A stretch of DNA of 64,000 nt from Camelus ferus. Lineage: Eukaryota. Shown here one piece after another: positions 62,593-64,000 of the stretch. Position 1 is the stretch's first letter; the number at the start of each line of letters is the position of its first letter. The notes beneath the pieces are model-generated. The model was not told where the DNA came from. It ran no database searches and saw only the letters and a list, made by a program, of their open reading frames with translations. The position numbers and the translations under genes were made by a program. The DNA is taken from contig NC_045696.1 in NCBI RefSeq assembly GCF_009834535.1, forward strand, positions 75,766,001 to 75,830,000. Direction: 5' to 3'.

Positions 62593-64000
62593 AGTTATGG
62601 GGATAAAATATTCTTTAAAAAAAAACAAAACAAACTTCTTTGTCCCTACCTAATCAGAACTGCAATTAGATCCATTCTAACAGAAAATATACCCCATTTT
62701 CCAAGACTATGAGAGAAATTTTTTCCCAGTCATTTAATGTTCTCCCCTCCTCAGGAAGGTATGCCTAGTCTCCTCTAAATAGCTCATGCTCTGTCAGCTT
62801 ATTTTCTCTGCACCTAATGAGAAAGAAAAGGTCATCCCCCTCAGAATGTTATTCCTCCTATAGGAAGTGATGTTTTAAAATGGAAATAATTTAATTATTG
62901 ATTTTCAACGGATACTTTAGGAGCTGTATATCCAAGCTGTCTACCTACCTGTTCCAGTGATAGCATTTCATAGTCTTTTAGTTTCTTTGGACTTGGAAAG
63001 TGGAAATAACCCAATCAAGAGCCTGGATACTCACTTTTAGCTGTTCCTCTTTTGCTAAAAGGTGATGAAGCACGTTTCCTTTGTCAGTATTTTTACTTCT
63101 TTCCTGGGACTTGTGTGGTGGGGAATATTTTGGTGCTAATTGTACTGCTGGGTCATTTCTACGTTGGAGGAGAATACATTGTTGAGCAAGCAAATATACG
63201 CCTTAACTTTCTGACTTTCTTCCAAAATCTATTTTTTCCCACAGTGGGTGAATCAGTTGCCATTTCAAAAAAGAAATGATCACGCCTGGAGCTTCCTCAA
63301 ATTTATGGCTGCATTAGTATTCGGTGAGATACGGTTGCATTGACAGTGCTGTCCCTGGGGTGTGTGACCCTCAGGGTCCAACCGGTTGAGGAACTCATCT
63401 TTACTGTCTCAGCTGCATGAGTTATATCGTGCTTCCTTCTTGGGAAGAGGGTGGCTCAGCCAGTCCCAAGAAGGCAAACGTTAATCTTCTATCACCCCTT
63501 TGGGCCTTAATAAAATTGACTCAACTGATCCTTGAAGCCATGTGTCATTCTCTCAAATACAATCAACGTTTATCAATTAGAAGGAAACTGATTTGGGTTT
63601 ATTATGATAGGGGAAAAAAATGGATGTAAACATGCCATTTATCTGTAAGAGCTTTTTTTCTGGTTGTCAGAGTTCTTTGCCTTCTGCTTTGCTTTCTTGA
63701 AGATAAAACGAAACAACAATCACTGTAAAAATCTTCTGCCCTGTTTTCTTGACTTTATTGATGACAGCTGGCTACAATTGTGCAGAAATGGCCTGAGGTG
63801 CAGCATCTCAACAGGAAGACAGAATCACAATGAGAAGTTGTGATCGAGCATGAAAGAGTTGGTATGGTTAATATATCCCTGTTTTTTAAAGTAAGAAATT
63901 TTTTTTTCCCTTAGACTAAGAGCTAAAAATGGAACCAGTGACTGATTTATTACAATATAGAAGTCTAGCCTAGGATGTGCTCCTTTAATGTCTCTAACAA

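Overview
AT-rich, CpG-depleted mammalian DNA, read as intergenic or deep intronic. It is most likely camelid (alpaca/llama/camel), judged from two tRNA-derived Vic-1-like SINEs (45353-45465, 54121-54220) and a camelid-style L1 3' end (32260-32344). I recognise no known protein-coding gene, rRNA, tRNA or CRISPR array, and nearly all listed ORFs are chance or repeat-derived. The window is dominated by decayed L1, L2 and MIR elements, MLT1/MLT2 LTRs, and two TG..CA solo ERV1-type LTRs with 4-bp TSDs. Notable structures: an LTR with a ~23-bp-periodic CCAAT array, a twin-primed (5'-inverted) L1, an L1 made only of 5'UTR plus 3'UTR, a tiny L1 insertion carrying an inverted copy of its own target site, several perfect palindromes, a TALE-homeodomain motif cluster and a CTCF-like site. 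A GC-rich promoter-like patch at 44.3-45.2 kb holds a hypothetical two-exon 101-aa ORF. I found no convincing new biological system. Repeat family names come from recalled consensus motifs, not a database search, and boundaries without TSDs are approximate.
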